Below are positions 28,479 through 39,228 of a DNA stretch of 64,000 bases, piece after piece (position 1 is the first letter of the stretch; every line of letters begins with the position of its first letter). Source of the stretch: an uncultured Pseudomonadota bacterium (GTDB lineage Bacteria; Pseudomonadota; Alphaproteobacteria; UBA9219). The translations under genes and the position numbers were made by a program. Location of the stretch: NCBI GenBank assembly GCA_903919315.1, contig CAIXHP010000014.1:296-64295 (forward strand), given 5' to 3'. The notes under the pieces are model-generated. The model made no database searches. It was not told the DNA's origin and saw nothing but the letters and a program-made list of their open reading frames with translations.

Positions 28479-28850
28479 ATGAAATGGGTTCTGTTCATCC
28501 TGTTGTTTGCGGCTTTTTCGGGAAGCCTTTTGTCGGGGACGGATGCGTGGGCATCTGGCGATCCGTGCCTCCAACATCGGGGGCATGCTGCGGATCGGGG
28601 GGAGCGTTTCGATTCCGCCCATGATCCATCGCGACACCGTGAGGTTGAGACGGTTCGAGCCGAACGACAGCCCGAAAAACAAGGCTGTCATTACGATCAG
28701 CATGCTTGTTGCGCCTCCGCTTGCCTGACGGTTCATGGCTATTCGCTGTTCTTGCCGGAGCGTTCCGTGCAGGCGTTCCGCGAGGCGGAGTCCCTGTTTT
28801 TGCGCGTTCGCGCGGATGTCTTCCGCCCTCCGTGTTCCTCCCTCACTTGA
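28479..28850 (+). CDS. secreted His/Cys-rich hypothetical protein
   Basis: Signal peptide MKWVLFILLFAAFSGSLLSGTDAWA, then GDPCLQHRGHAADRGERFDSAHDPSRH...CHYDQHACCASAC. Confidence 0.35.
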   Translation: MKWVLFILLFAAFSGSLLSGTDAWASGDPCLQHRGHAADRGERFDSAHDPSRHREVETVRAERQPEKQGCHYDQHACCASACLTVHGYSLFLPERSVQAFREAESLFLRVRADVFRPPCSSLT

Positions 28851-28895
28851 GAAAACAGATTGCCTACATTCAACGTTTTTTTGGGAGGAACCCCT

Positions 28896-29405
28896 ATGTC
28901 GATGACTCACTATATGGAACTGCTGGCGACGAACCAGCCGTGGAATCTGCTCTTGTTTATGGCCGTGCCGGTCATTTTGGCCGAGACGATTGCCATCCTT
29001 GAGCTTTATCTGCTGTTCACGCGCCGGATGGAGGGAAGGGCGCGGCTGGTTAGCCGCATCGCGGGGATCGTGGCCGGAATCTATTTCGCGGGGATTATCG
29101 CGTATTTGATTCCGCATGCGGTTCTGCCCATCACGCAGGCCGGGGAATGGAGGACACCGGTCGATGTCCTTGCCGTCGGGGCTTACCTGTTGAGCGGAAT
29201 TCCGCTTGTCTTGATCGCGCTTCAGGACATGAAGCTTCTCGATCGCAGGCGGCCTGAGGCCAGTCGCATGGCGCGGCATGCGGTGTTTGTCGGGGCTTTT
29301 CTTGTTCTGGCCCACGTCGCCATGATCGCGGGCATGCTCGACCCTCAGGTCTTTGGTTATGCCCCGCCGTCGATGGACGGGATGGCGGACATGCCTATGC
29401 ATTAA
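28896..29405 (+). CDS. hypothetical 4-TM membrane protein with a Met/His-rich C-terminal tail
   Basis: GGAGG 7 nt upstream of ATG 28896, four hydrophobic helices, and the tail PPSMDGMADMPMH. Confidence 0.6.
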   Translation: MSMTHYMELLATNQPWNLLLFMAVPVILAETIAILELYLLFTRRMEGRARLVSRIAGIVAGIYFAGIIAYLIPHAVLPITQAGEWRTPVDVLAVGAYLLSGIPLVLIALQDMKLLDRRRPEASRMARHAVFVGAFLVLAHVAMIAGMLDPQVFGYAPPSMDGMADMPMH

Positions 29406-29576
29406 GATAAGGCGGAGGAGGGGGCTTTGCTGCTCCCTCCCCGTTCTTGGCCAAAGCCCATAAGCACAAAAAGGAAATAATATTGCGCGAATCGGCGTTT
29501 TTCTTTTCGAACCCGTTTGATAGGTTCTCGCCGACCGTCTTGGTCTGGTGTGACAACAAATTATGGGGAGAGATTT

Positions 29577-29906
29577 ATGGTTGATAAAAGGGATAGAAGA
29601 AAACATCGTCAGAAAATTAGAGCCGGTGGCAAGGGCGTTTCGACCTCGACCGATCCGGTTACTCGGGCGCGGGCGGAACTGGTGGCGGCGGCAAAAGCTG
29701 CCGGTGTTCAGGTGACCATAAAGTCGTTACTTGGCCGTTATCGGGCTACAGTCAAGGTTCCTGGCGAAAAGAACGCGCGGGATTTCTTGTTTGATCCGTC
29801 GGATCGCATGAGCGTTGTTAACACAAGCCGTTCTATACGCGTATTGACGCGGGATGATGTTTCTCCCCCGAAAGGACAGCGGACTGGAGCTCCCACTCCC
29901 CACTAA
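29577..29906 (+). CDS. hypothetical basic protein (109 aa)
   Basis: GGGGAGAG upstream of ATG 29577. No recognisable motif. Confidence 0.4.
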   Translation: MVDKRDRRKHRQKIRAGGKGVSTSTDPVTRARAELVAAAKAAGVQVTIKSLLGRYRATVKVPGEKNARDFLFDPSDRMSVVNTSRSIRVLTRDDVSPPKGQRTGAPTPH

Positions 29907-29917
29907 CCCAACGAACC

Positions 29918-32488
29918 CTACCCCCGCAGCATCGCGCCGGTTGCTTTGGTGACGGCGGCGGTGATGCGGGTGGTCAGGGCTTCGAGTTCGGCATCGGTCA
30001 GCGTGTGGTCGGCGGGTTGCAGCGTGACGCTGAGCGCCACCGACTTTTTGTTCACGCCGACGCGTTCCCCTTCGTAAACATCGAACACCGTCACGTCGCG
30101 GATCAGGTTCTTGTCCGCGCTGCGCACCGCCTTGATCAGTTTGTCGGCGGTGATCGCGGCATCGACCACAAAGGCGAAATCGCGCGCCACTGTTTGCAAC
30201 GCGTCCAGTTTCAGCAGAGGCTTGGCCGTGCCGTTGCCGCGCGGTTGCGGGATGGCGGCCAGAAACAGCTCGCACCCGACCATCGGCCCTTCGGCATCGC
30301 AGGCGGCGAGCAGCGACGGGTGCAGTTCGCCGAAATAGCCCAGAACCGTCGCGCCGAGGCGCAGACTGCCGGAGCGGCCGGGGTGGTACCATGCGGGCGC
30401 GTCCGCCGCGACTTGCAGCGATCCCGCCGGAGCGCCTGCGGCGGCCAGCGTCGCCAGCGCGTCGGCCTTGGCATCAAACGCATCGACCGCGCGGCGCGGC
30501 GCGGCCCAATGACGCGGCGAGCTTCCGGCGCGGAGCGCGGCGGCGACGCAGTCTTGTCCGTCCGGCATGGCGTTGCGGTAGGCGGGGCCGACTTCGAACA
30601 GGCCGACATCGGCAAAGCCGCGATCCGCGTTGCGCTTGGCCGCCAGAACCAGATTGCCGAGGACGCTGGGGCGCATCACGTCGAGATCGGTGCTGATCGG
30701 ATTCACGAGCCGGAGCGACGGATCGTTTTGGCCGAATTCCGCCGCGACGTTCGACGGCATGAACGACCATGTCACGGCTTCCAGCAAGCCTTGAGCCGCC
30801 AGCGCGCGCCGCGCCGCGCTCGTGCGTTGATCCAGTTTGTCGAGCGCCGCCGTCGTCACCGCCGTCGGGCGCGGCAGCGAGGTGGCGGGAATATGGTCAA
30901 AGCCCTTGATGCGGATGACTTCTTCGGCAATGTCCGCCGCGCCTTCGACATCGTGCCGCCATGTGGGCGGGGTGATGGCGTACGCGCCGTTTTGGTTTTT
31001 GAGCGTGAAGCCGAGCGCCGTCAAAATCCGCACTTGCTCTGCCTCCGGCACATCGACGCCGATCAGCATTTTGCATTTTGCGGGAGCGTAGCTGATGGTG
31101 CGGGTGGCGGTGGGGACGGCTCCGGCGACGGTGACGTCGCTGACCGCCGTGGTTGGTGTGGCGCAAAAATCCAGAACCAGTTGCGTCGCCATCTCAAGGC
31201 CGGGGAGGACGAAGGCCGGATCGACGCCGCGCTCAAAGCGGTAACGCGCGTCGGACGCGATTTGCAGGGCGCGGCCTGTCTTGGCCGTGCGCACAGGGTC
31301 AAAGGCGGCGGATTCGATGAAGACCGACGTTGTGTTCGCGTCGCAGCCGCTGGACGCGCCGCCCATGATGCCCGCGAGGCTCAACACGCCGGTGTCGTCG
31401 CCGATGGCGGTCATGCCGGGGGCGAGGGCGCAGTCTTTGCCGTTCAGCGCCGCGAAACTTTCGCCGCCCTTGGCAAGGCGCACCCAAAGCTGGCCCTTGA
31501 TCTTGTCGGCGTCGAACACATGCAGGGGCCGCGCCTGATCGAAGGTGAGATAGTTGGTGATGTCGACCAAGGCGGAGATGGGGCGCAAACCTATGGCGCG
31601 GAGTTGGCTTTGCAGCCATTCCGGGCTTGGCCCGTTCTTGATATTGCGGATCACGCGGCCCGTGAAGAGCGGGCAGGGCGTAACACTCTCCCCAACCCTC
31701 CCCTCAAGGGCGAGGGCGTTCCGTGAGCGCTCCACGAATCCCTCCCCCCTTGAGGGGGAGGTTAGGTGGGGGGTGGGTTCCGTAAGCGCGGACGTTTCAG
31801 GTCGAGCGTCCAGAGACCCCCCACCCAACCCTCCCCCCAGAGGGGGAGGGCTTTCATTTGCGAAGTCCAGCGTGACGGTGATGGGGCTGGGGAAGCTGCC
31901 TTTGACCGGGGCGATGACCAACGGCTTGAGCGTGCCTAATCCTGCCGCCGCGAGGTCGCGGGCGATGCCGCGCACGCCTGCGCAATCGGCGCGGTTGGGG
32001 GTCAGGTTGATTTCGATGACGGGGTCGTTCAGTCCGGCGAAGGCCGCGAATTTCTCGCCTAGGGGCGCGTCGGCGGGCAGTTCGATGATGCCGGAATGTT
32101 CGTCGCCGAGCTTGAGTTCGTCCGCCGCGCACATCATGCCTTGGGATTCCACGCCGCGAATTTTGCTGAGTTTCAGGGCTTCGCCGGTGGCGGGGATGAT
32201 GTCGCCGGGGCGGGCCAAGACGGTCTTTAATCCGGGTCGCGCGTTCGGCGCGCCGCACACGACTTGGATTTTCTCGTGGCCGGTGTCGACGGTGCAGACT
32301 TGCAGCCGGTCGGCTTGCGGATGTTTTTCCGCCGCGACAATCTGCGCGATGGCGAAGGGCGCGAGCGCCGCGCCGCGATCTTCCACGCCTTCGACCTCAA
32401 GCCCGATGGCGGTGAGTTTTTCGCACAGCGCTTCCAGCGAGGCGGTGGTGTCGAGGTGCTGTTTCAGCCAACTCAGGGTAAACTTCAT
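29918..32488 (-). CDS. pheT: phenylalanine-tRNA ligase beta subunit carrying an in-frame insertion of about 59 codons derived from repeats
   Basis: MKFTLSWLKQHL start, tRNA-binding, B3/4, B5 and FDX-ACB-like regions. See the repeat feature at 31688-31850. Confidence 0.95.
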   Translation of the reverse strand: MKFTLSWLKQHLDTTASLEALCEKLTAIGLEVEGVEDRGAALAPFAIAQIVAAEKHPQADRLQVCTVDTGHEKIQVVCGAPNARPGLKTVLARPGDIIPATGEALKLSKIRGVESQGMMCAADELKLGDEHSGIIELPADAPLGEKFAAFAGLNDPVIEINLTPNRADCAGVRGIARDLAAAGLGTLKPLVIAPVKGSFPSPITVTLDFANESPPPLGGGLGGGSLDARPETSALTEPTPHLTSPSRGEGFVERSRNALALEGRVGESVTPCPLFTGRVIRNIKNGPSPEWLQSQLRAIGLRPISALVDITNYLTFDQARPLHVFDADKIKGQLWVRLAKGGESFAALNGKDCALAPGMTAIGDDTGVLSLAGIMGGASSGCDANTTSVFIESAAFDPVRTAKTGRALQIASDARYRFERGVDPAFVLPGLEMATQLVLDFCATPTTAVSDVTVAGAVPTATRTISYAPAKCKMLIGVDVPEAEQVRILTALGFTLKNQNGAYAITPPTWRHDVEGAADIAEEVIRIKGFDHIPATSLPRPTAVTTAALDKLDQRTSAARRALAAQGLLEAVTWSFMPSNVAAEFGQNDPSLRLVNPISTDLDVMRPSVLGNLVLAAKRNADRGFADVGLFEVGPAYRNAMPDGQDCVAAALRAGSSPRHWAAPRRAVDAFDAKADALATLAAAGAPAGSLQVAADAPAWYHPGRSGSLRLGATVLGYFGELHPSLLAACDAEGPMVGCELFLAAIPQPRGNGTAKPLLKLDALQTVARDFAFVVDAAITADKLIKAVRSADKNLIRDVTVFDVYEGERVGVNKKSVALSVTLQPADHTLTDAELEALTTRITAAVTKATGAMLRG
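31688..31850. repeat. Three family B hairpin modules inside the pheT coding sequence
   Basis: CTCCCCAACCCTCCCCTCAAGGGCGAGGG, CCCTCCCCCCTTGAGGGGGAGGTTAGGTGGGGGG, ACCCCCCACCCAACCCTCCCCCCAGAGGGGGAGGG. On the minus strand they translate as ESPPPLGGGLGGG...TSPSRGEGF...LALEGRVGES. Confidence 0.8.
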
Positions 32489-32513
32489 AATCCGGCTCCA
32501 AGGCAAATAAGTG

Positions 32514-33602
32514 TTACGGCGCGACTCCGGTCAGCGCCAAGTTCGGGATGTCCAACGGCGCGAAGCCGTAGTGTTTCAGCCAGCGCACATCGGCTTCGAA
32601 GAAGGTGCGCAGATCGGGGATGCCGTATTTCAGCATCGCCATGCGCTCGATCCCCATGCCAAAGGCGAAGCCTTGGTATTGTTCCGGATCGATGCCGCAA
32701 TTGCGCAGCACGTTGGGATGCACCATGCCGCAGCCGCCGATTTCCAGCCAATCGCCGAAATTGCCGAGCTTCAGCTCGCCGCCTTTGCGCGAGCAGCCGA
32801 TGTCGACCTCCGCGCCCGGTTCGACGAACGGGAAATAGCTGGGACGGAAACGCAGCGGCAGGTCGGGCGTGTTGAAAAACGCGCGGAGAAAGTCGAGGAG
32901 ACAACCTTTCAGGTGGCCCATGTGCGTGACTTCGTCGATCACCAAGCCTTCGACCTGATGGAACATCGGCGAATGCGTCATGTCGGAATCGCAGCGAAAC
33001 GTGCGGCCCGGAATGATGACGCGGATCGGCGGCTTCTGCGTTTGCATCGTCCGCACCTGCACCGGCGAGGTGTGCGTGCGCAGAACCATCGGCTTGCCGT
33101 CCACGGGAGGCATGAAGAAAGTGTCCTGCATTTGCCGTGCCGGATGGTCGGGCGGAAAGTTCAGCGCTTCGAAATTGTGCCAGTCGGATTCGATGTCCGG
33201 CCCTTTGGCCACGGTGAATCCCATGCTGGCGAAGATGGCGACAATTTCATCGACGGTCTGCGAGGTGGGGTGGACGCGGCCTTCGGCTTGCGGGCGCGGG
33301 GCGAGCGTCACGTCGAGGCGTTCGCGTTCCAACCGTTGCCGCAACGCGACGGCGGCGAGTTCTTTTTGCCGCGCGTCGATGCTTTGCGCCACTTCGTCCT
33401 TGATGAGGTTGAGCGCCGCGCCGCGTTCCTTGCGCGCGTCGGGGGCCAGAGCGCCGAGCGTTTTCATTTGCTCGGTGAGGCGGCCCTTTTTGCCCAGCGC
33501 GTTGACGCGCACTTCATCAAGCGCGGCGATGTCCGTGGCCGCCGCGACGGTGGCGAGGAGTTCGCTTTTCAAGAGGGAGAGGTCGTTGTCGTTGTCGGCC
33601 AT
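32514..33602 (-). CDS. pheS: phenylalanine-tRNA ligase alpha subunit
   Basis: Contains [29 protein letters not shown] and [18 protein letters not shown]. Confidence 0.97.
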   Translation of the reverse strand: MADNDNDLSLLKSELLATVAAATDIAALDEVRVNALGKKGRLTEQMKTLGALAPDARKERGAALNLIKDEVAQSIDARQKELAAVALRQRLERERLDVTLAPRPQAEGRVHPTSQTVDEIVAIFASMGFTVAKGPDIESDWHNFEALNFPPDHPARQMQDTFFMPPVDGKPMVLRTHTSPVQVRTMQTQKPPIRVIIPGRTFRCDSDMTHSPMFHQVEGLVIDEVTHMGHLKGCLLDFLRAFFNTPDLPLRFRPSYFPFVEPGAEVDIGCSRKGGELKLGNFGDWLEIGGCGMVHPNVLRNCGIDPEQYQGFAFGMGIERMAMLKYGIPDLRTFFEADVRWLKHYGFAPLDIPNLALTGVAP

Positions 33603-33626
33603 GGGGATTCTCGGTTGTTCTGATCA

Positions 33627-33679
33627 TCAACGTCATTCCGGAAAATTTTCTGAAAAAAAATTTTCCGGAATGACGTTGA
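33627..33679. repeat. Perfect 23-bp inverted repeat (hairpin) in the rplT-pheS spacer
   Basis: TCAACGTCATTCCGGAAAATTTT-ctgaaaa-AAAATTTTCCGGAATGACGTTGA. Confidence 0.9.
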
Positions 33680-33786
33680 GGCTCCTGTTTAACGCGTTAG
33701 CTGCGGGAATAAGTCATCCCATTTTGGATTGGTTTCTTCAATCAATCTTATCTTCCATGCCGCAAGGAGTCCGATTTTCACGAGGG

Positions 33787-33901
33787 GTCATCGCCGCGAA
33801 GGCGGCGATCCATCTCCTGTGCGGGCCGTTGGCGCGGTTTTCTGAAACGGGAGCGCAAAGGGAGACTTGGGGTGATGGATTCCCGCCTACGCGGGAATGA
33901 C
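33787..33901. repeat. Family A element (about 115 bp, hairpin at each end)
   Basis: GTCATCGCCGCGAAGGCGGCGATCCATCTCCTGT ... GGTGATGGATTCCCGCCTACGCGGGAATGAC. Same architecture as 51555-51667. Confidence 0.85.
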
Positions 33902-34037
33902 CGGATTAAGGGCGCTCTGCGTCACAAGCATTCCGAGAGAGGCGTGCCGACGGGGCCTTGGTTCATTCGTCAGCCGTAGTCCGGAAAGAACCTTCGGACA
34001 CAAAACGTCCGAAGGTTCTTCCGAAACAACGTCGTTC

Positions 34038-34403
34038 TTAAGCTACCGTCTTCAGCGTGGCCTGCACTTGATCGACCAGAGCCTTAAAGGCTGCGGGTTC
34101 GGTTGCGGCGAGGTCGGAGAGCTGTTTGCGGTCCAGCTCAATGCCTGCGCGCTTGAGGCCATTGATGAAGCGGCCATAGGTCAGGCCTTGTTCGCGAACC
34201 GCCGCGTTGATGCGGATGATCCACAAGGCGCGCATGTCGCGCTTTTTCGCCTTGCGATCGCGGTAGGCGTAACGCAGAGCTTTTTCAACTTTTTCAATCG
34301 CAACCCGAAAGCAGGTTGAGGCCCGACCGCGATAACCGCTCGCCAGTTTGACCATTTCTTTGTGCCGGGCGCTGCCCGTAACGCCACGTTTGACGCGTGC
34401 CAT
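34038..34403 (-). CDS. rplT: 50S ribosomal protein L20
   Basis: [27 protein letters not shown]...[23 protein letters not shown]. Confidence 0.97.
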   Translation of the reverse strand: MARVKRGVTGSARHKEMVKLASGYRGRASTCFRVAIEKVEKALRYAYRDRKAKKRDMRALWIIRINAAVREQGLTYGRFINGLKRAGIELDRKQLSDLAATEPAAFKALVDQVQATLKTVA

Positions 34404-34415
34404 GTGATGTCCCCC

Positions 34416-34613
34416 TTACTTGCGTAGGAAATGTGTGCGGATATTCTCGCCGTCGGCCTTGAACAAGATCAGGCCTTGACGAGCTTCGCGCTTCATTTTC
34501 TGGGAACGCTTGCGCATGCCGTGGCGTTTGCCGGCGGCCCCCGCCTTGACCTTGCCGGAGCCGGTCACGCGGAAACGCTTTTTGGACCCGCTATGGGTCT
34601 TCATTTTAGACAT
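34416..34613 (-). CDS. rpmI: 50S ribosomal protein L35
   Basis: [37 protein letters not shown]. Confidence 0.95.
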   Translation of the reverse strand: MSKMKTHSGSKKRFRVTGSGKVKAGAAGKRHGMRKRSQKMKREARQGLILFKADGENIRTHFLRK

Positions 34614-34774
34614 TTTCCATCCTTGGTTCGAAGTTGATCAATGCAATCCTCGCGGATTGACGCGGACGGGCATGTCTAAGGCTCCGTCGCGCTGTGGCGG
34701 CCTTTGTAGAGGGTCGGGTCCGAAAAGGCAAGGGTGGGTTTGGGGGCTTTGGCGCAGATAATTGTTAACAAACC

Positions 34775-34804
34775 CTTGAAATGCTCCCCCGATGAGCCTA
34801 GATG
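34775..34804 (+). promoter_or_regulatory. candidate sigma32-type promoter of groESL
   Basis: CTTGAAA-N15-CCTAGATG immediately upstream of the CIRCE element. Confidence 0.4.
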
Positions 34805-34805
34805 T

Positions 34806-34832
34806 CTGGCACTCGCTGCCTTTGAGTGCCAA
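34806..34832 (+). promoter_or_regulatory. CIRCE element (HrcA operator)
   Basis: CTGGCACTC-N9-GAGTGCCAA against the consensus TTAGCACTC-N9-GAGTGCTAA, about 75 nt upstream of groES. Confidence 0.78.
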
Positions 34833-34904
34833 ACGGCGCTGGGCGGCGGGTCTGGATTGTTTAACAAGCGGAACGATAGTCCGCCAACAAAAGGAGCAAG
34901 ACCG

Positions 34905-35216
34905 ATGAAATTCCGTCCTTTGCATGATCGCGTGGTCGTGCGTCGCATCGAAAGCGACACCAAGACCCCCGGCGGCATCATCATCCCCGACACCGCCAAG
35001 GAAAAGCCGCAAGAAGGCGAAGTCGTCGCCGTCGGCCCCGGCGCACGTGACGAAGCGGGCAATGTCGTGGCGATGGATGTCAAGGCGGGCGACCGCGTCC
35101 TGTTCGGCAAGTGGTCGGGCACGGAAGTGAAGATCGACGGCGAAGACCTCCTCATCATGAAGGAATCCGACATTCTGGGCGTGATCGAAGGCGCGGCGAA
35201 GGCGGGCAAGAAGTAA
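34905..35216 (+). CDS. groES: co-chaperonin GroES
   Basis: [46 protein letters not shown]. Confidence 0.97.
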   Translation: MKFRPLHDRVVVRRIESDTKTPGGIIIPDTAKEKPQEGEVVAVGPGARDEAGNVVAMDVKAGDRVLFGKWSGTEVKIDGEDLLIMKESDILGVIEGAAKAGKK

Positions 35217-36917
<1,701 letters not shown>

Positions 36918-36972
36918 GTCCGTGGCCGACCGGGCGTTCCGTTGGAGCGTCCGGTCGCGCCTTTCAGCCAAG

Positions 36973-37007
36973 AAAAAAGGCTGCGGTGAAAACCGCAGCC
37001 TTTTTTT
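36973..37007 (+). terminator. rho-independent terminator of groESL
   Basis: GGCTGCGGT-gaaa-ACCGCAGCC followed by TTTTTTT. Confidence 0.85.
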
Positions 37008-37043
37008 GTTGGGGGCCACTGCCTTTCGGCTTTGGCCTAGGGA

Positions 37044-37421
37044 TTAGTCTCGGTAGACGTAGGGGAGGGCAATTCTTGCCAAGGCTGCCTCTCTTTTTTT
37101 CGGCTTTTGGGGGAGATAAGCAGTAGGTTCTCCCGCCAATATGCGGAGATTTCTTATGGCCTCGCCGACAGCCATGTTCGTGTTCTTGTTCGGGTCAAGC
37201 ACAAGCGTTCGCAGGTATCCGTCGAGTTTGTAATTGAGAACGGGCAAGCCATGTTCGTGCCGTTCGACGACAATATCGGATGTGCGATCACCTAAAGACT
37301 CCAGATAACGTATGGCTGCGCCCTCAAGCTTTCCTCGTGCTGGCACGGTCACTTCTTGTTGCGCTGCCGCTGACTTGGGGGTGCTCTTTGGTTTTCTATA
37401 TCTGGGTTCATTCATGGTCAT
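37044..37421 (-). CDS. hypothetical protein (125 aa)
   Basis: AAGGA upstream of the ATG. The stretch is visibly less GC-rich. No recognisable motif. Confidence 0.45.
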   Translation of the reverse strand: MTMNEPRYRKPKSTPKSAAAQQEVTVPARGKLEGAAIRYLESLGDRTSDIVVERHEHGLPVLNYKLDGYLRTLVLDPNKNTNMAVGEAIRNLRILAGEPTAYLPQKPKKREAALARIALPYVYRD

Positions 37422-37637
37422 AAGATCATTCCTTGCTACAATTATGGTTTCCTGCGTCGTTCACTGGTGTGAAGGCCGTGAAAAAGAACGGTTATTCACC
37501 CTTATTGGCAACTAACTTGCTGTTTGAAGATAACAGAGAAGTTTGAAACTAAAAACAGCATAAGGACGAAATTTTATGTCCTTTTCCGGATTGCGGGTTT
37601 TGTGGGGCGCAGCTGTTTTGCCGTTCTCACCTCGAGT

Positions 37638-37814
37638 GTCATCGCCGCGAAGGCGGCGATCTATCACCGGTTTGTTGCTTTGGGGCGTTCATAGCCGTTG
37701 CCCTAAAAATGATCGTGAAGAAGAAACCAAACGGGATCCCCGCTTTCGCGGGGATGACGATAAGGAATTGAATTGAAACACAAATCCTGTCATGCCCGCG
37801 AAGGCGGGCATCCC
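37638..37814. repeat. Family A composite repeat (three hairpin modules)
   Basis: GTCATCGCCGCGAAGGCGGCGATC, GGGATCCCCGCTTTCGCGGGGATGAC, GTCATGCCCGCGAAGGCGGGCATCC, with the conserved spacer GAATTGAATTGAAACACAAATCC. Confidence 0.85.
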
Positions 37815-37849
37815 ATTTTTGGCATATTGAGTGGGAGAATAGGGTGGAA

Positions 37850-39001
37850 CTAAACGATGCGGCCTTGGTCGACGGTGAAGTGTTGGGCGTGGGGGAGGAG
37901 GGGGTGGAATTGGGCGGCGTCGGTGCCGGTGAGCCACGCTTGAACGCCCAGCGCACGGAGTTCTTCGAACAGGGCGGCGCGGCGGGCGCTGTCGAGATGC
38001 GCGGCGATGTCGTCGAGTAGGAACAACGGCTTCATGTTCCGCGCCTCGGCCAGAATGCGGACATAGGCCAGCATGATGGCGATCAGCAGCGCCTTTTGCT
38101 CGCCGGTCGAGCATAAGTCCGCCGGACATTGTTTGGCGCGGTGCGTCACCAGCAGGTCGCTGCGGTGCGGGCCGATGGCGCAGGTGCCGTTCTGCGCGTC
38201 GTCGCCGCGCGTGCGGGCCAGCGCGGCGCGGAGGCGGTCTTCGACCAGCAAGGCGGCCTGCGTTTCCAAGAATTCTTCCGCCATCCCGCGCAGGGCGAGG
38301 TCGGCTTTCGGGAATACGCCTTCGGTGGCCGCGATGGCGCTTTGCAATTGGCGCAGCATGTGCCGTCGCGCGGCGGCCACCGCCACGCCGGTTTGCGCCA
38401 TTTCGTCTTCCAGCGCCGCGAGCCACATGGTATCGGCGATCCCTTCGCGCAGAAGACGGAGCCGTTCACGCAGCGCCTTTTCATAGCGCTGCACACGGCC
38501 CGCATGCGCCGGGTCAAAGCTGTACACCAGCCGGTCGAGCAATTTGCGCCGCGCCGACGGGCCTTCGGCCAGAACGCGATCCATGTCGGGCGTGATCCAC
38601 GCCATCGCCACATGGTCGCCGAGCGTCTGTTGGCTTTTGGCGTTGCGCCCGTCGATATGGATGACGCGGCGGTCGCCTTCGGCTGCTTCGGGGTCGCGGC
38701 CGGTGCCGATGCGCAGGGGGCCGTGAGGCGTGTCCAGCTCAACCGCCACGGCCCAATGGCCTTCGCGCGCGTGATGTTGCATCTCGGCCAGCGGCGCACG
38801 GCGCAGGCCGCGCCCCGGCACCAACAGGCTGATGGCTTCGAGGAGATTGGTTTTGCCGCTGCCGTTCGCGCCCGTCAGCACGACGGACGGGCCGTTCAGC
38901 TCAAGGCGCACATCACGGTAATTGCGGAAATGGCTGAGCGACAGACGCGCGATGCGCGTGCCGTCGTGGGCCTCCGTGGGAAAAACCGTTTGAGCGTACA
39001 T
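37850..39001 (-). CDS. recF: DNA replication and repair protein RecF
   Basis: LSLSHFRNYRDVRLELNGPSVVLTGANGSGKTNLLEAISLL, SGEQKALLIAIMLA and LFLLDDIAAHLD. The start is set at M27 of the ORF. Confidence 0.9.
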   Translation of the reverse strand: MYAQTVFPTEAHDGTRIARLSLSHFRNYRDVRLELNGPSVVLTGANGSGKTNLLEAISLLVPGRGLRRAPLAEMQHHAREGHWAVAVELDTPHGPLRIGTGRDPEAAEGDRRVIHIDGRNAKSQQTLGDHVAMAWITPDMDRVLAEGPSARRKLLDRLVYSFDPAHAGRVQRYEKALRERLRLLREGIADTMWLAALEDEMAQTGVAVAAARRHMLRQLQSAIAATEGVFPKADLALRGMAEEFLETQAALLVEDRLRAALARTRGDDAQNGTCAIGPHRSDLLVTHRAKQCPADLCSTGEQKALLIAIMLAYVRILAEARNMKPLFLLDDIAAHLDSARRAALFEELRALGVQAWLTGTDAAQFHPLLPHAQHFTVDQGRIV

Positions 39002-39228
39002 GAAACTCCGGAAGGCGCGGGTCGGGATCGTGCGGCCAGCATAGTCTTCCCGGAGCGTCGCGTAAAAGCTTGAAACCATTCAGCGGCTGGCGCGGGATGT
39101 CGCGGCGGCTGTATGGTGCAACACTATGATCTTTATCGCATTTTTGTTGCTGCGGTGGGGTTTTGCGCTTGTGGACGTTGCGACGGGTATTCTGGTATTA
39201 CTGGAGGGCGGCATATTGAGGAGTTCAG

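Noticed and set aside
34755-34875. TTAAC-containing sequences upstream of groES (TGTTAACAAACCC, TTTAACAAGCGG) as CtrA boxes.
   Set aside because: They do not have the TTAA-N7-TTAA geometry. The region is already explained by a sigma32-like promoter plus CIRCE.
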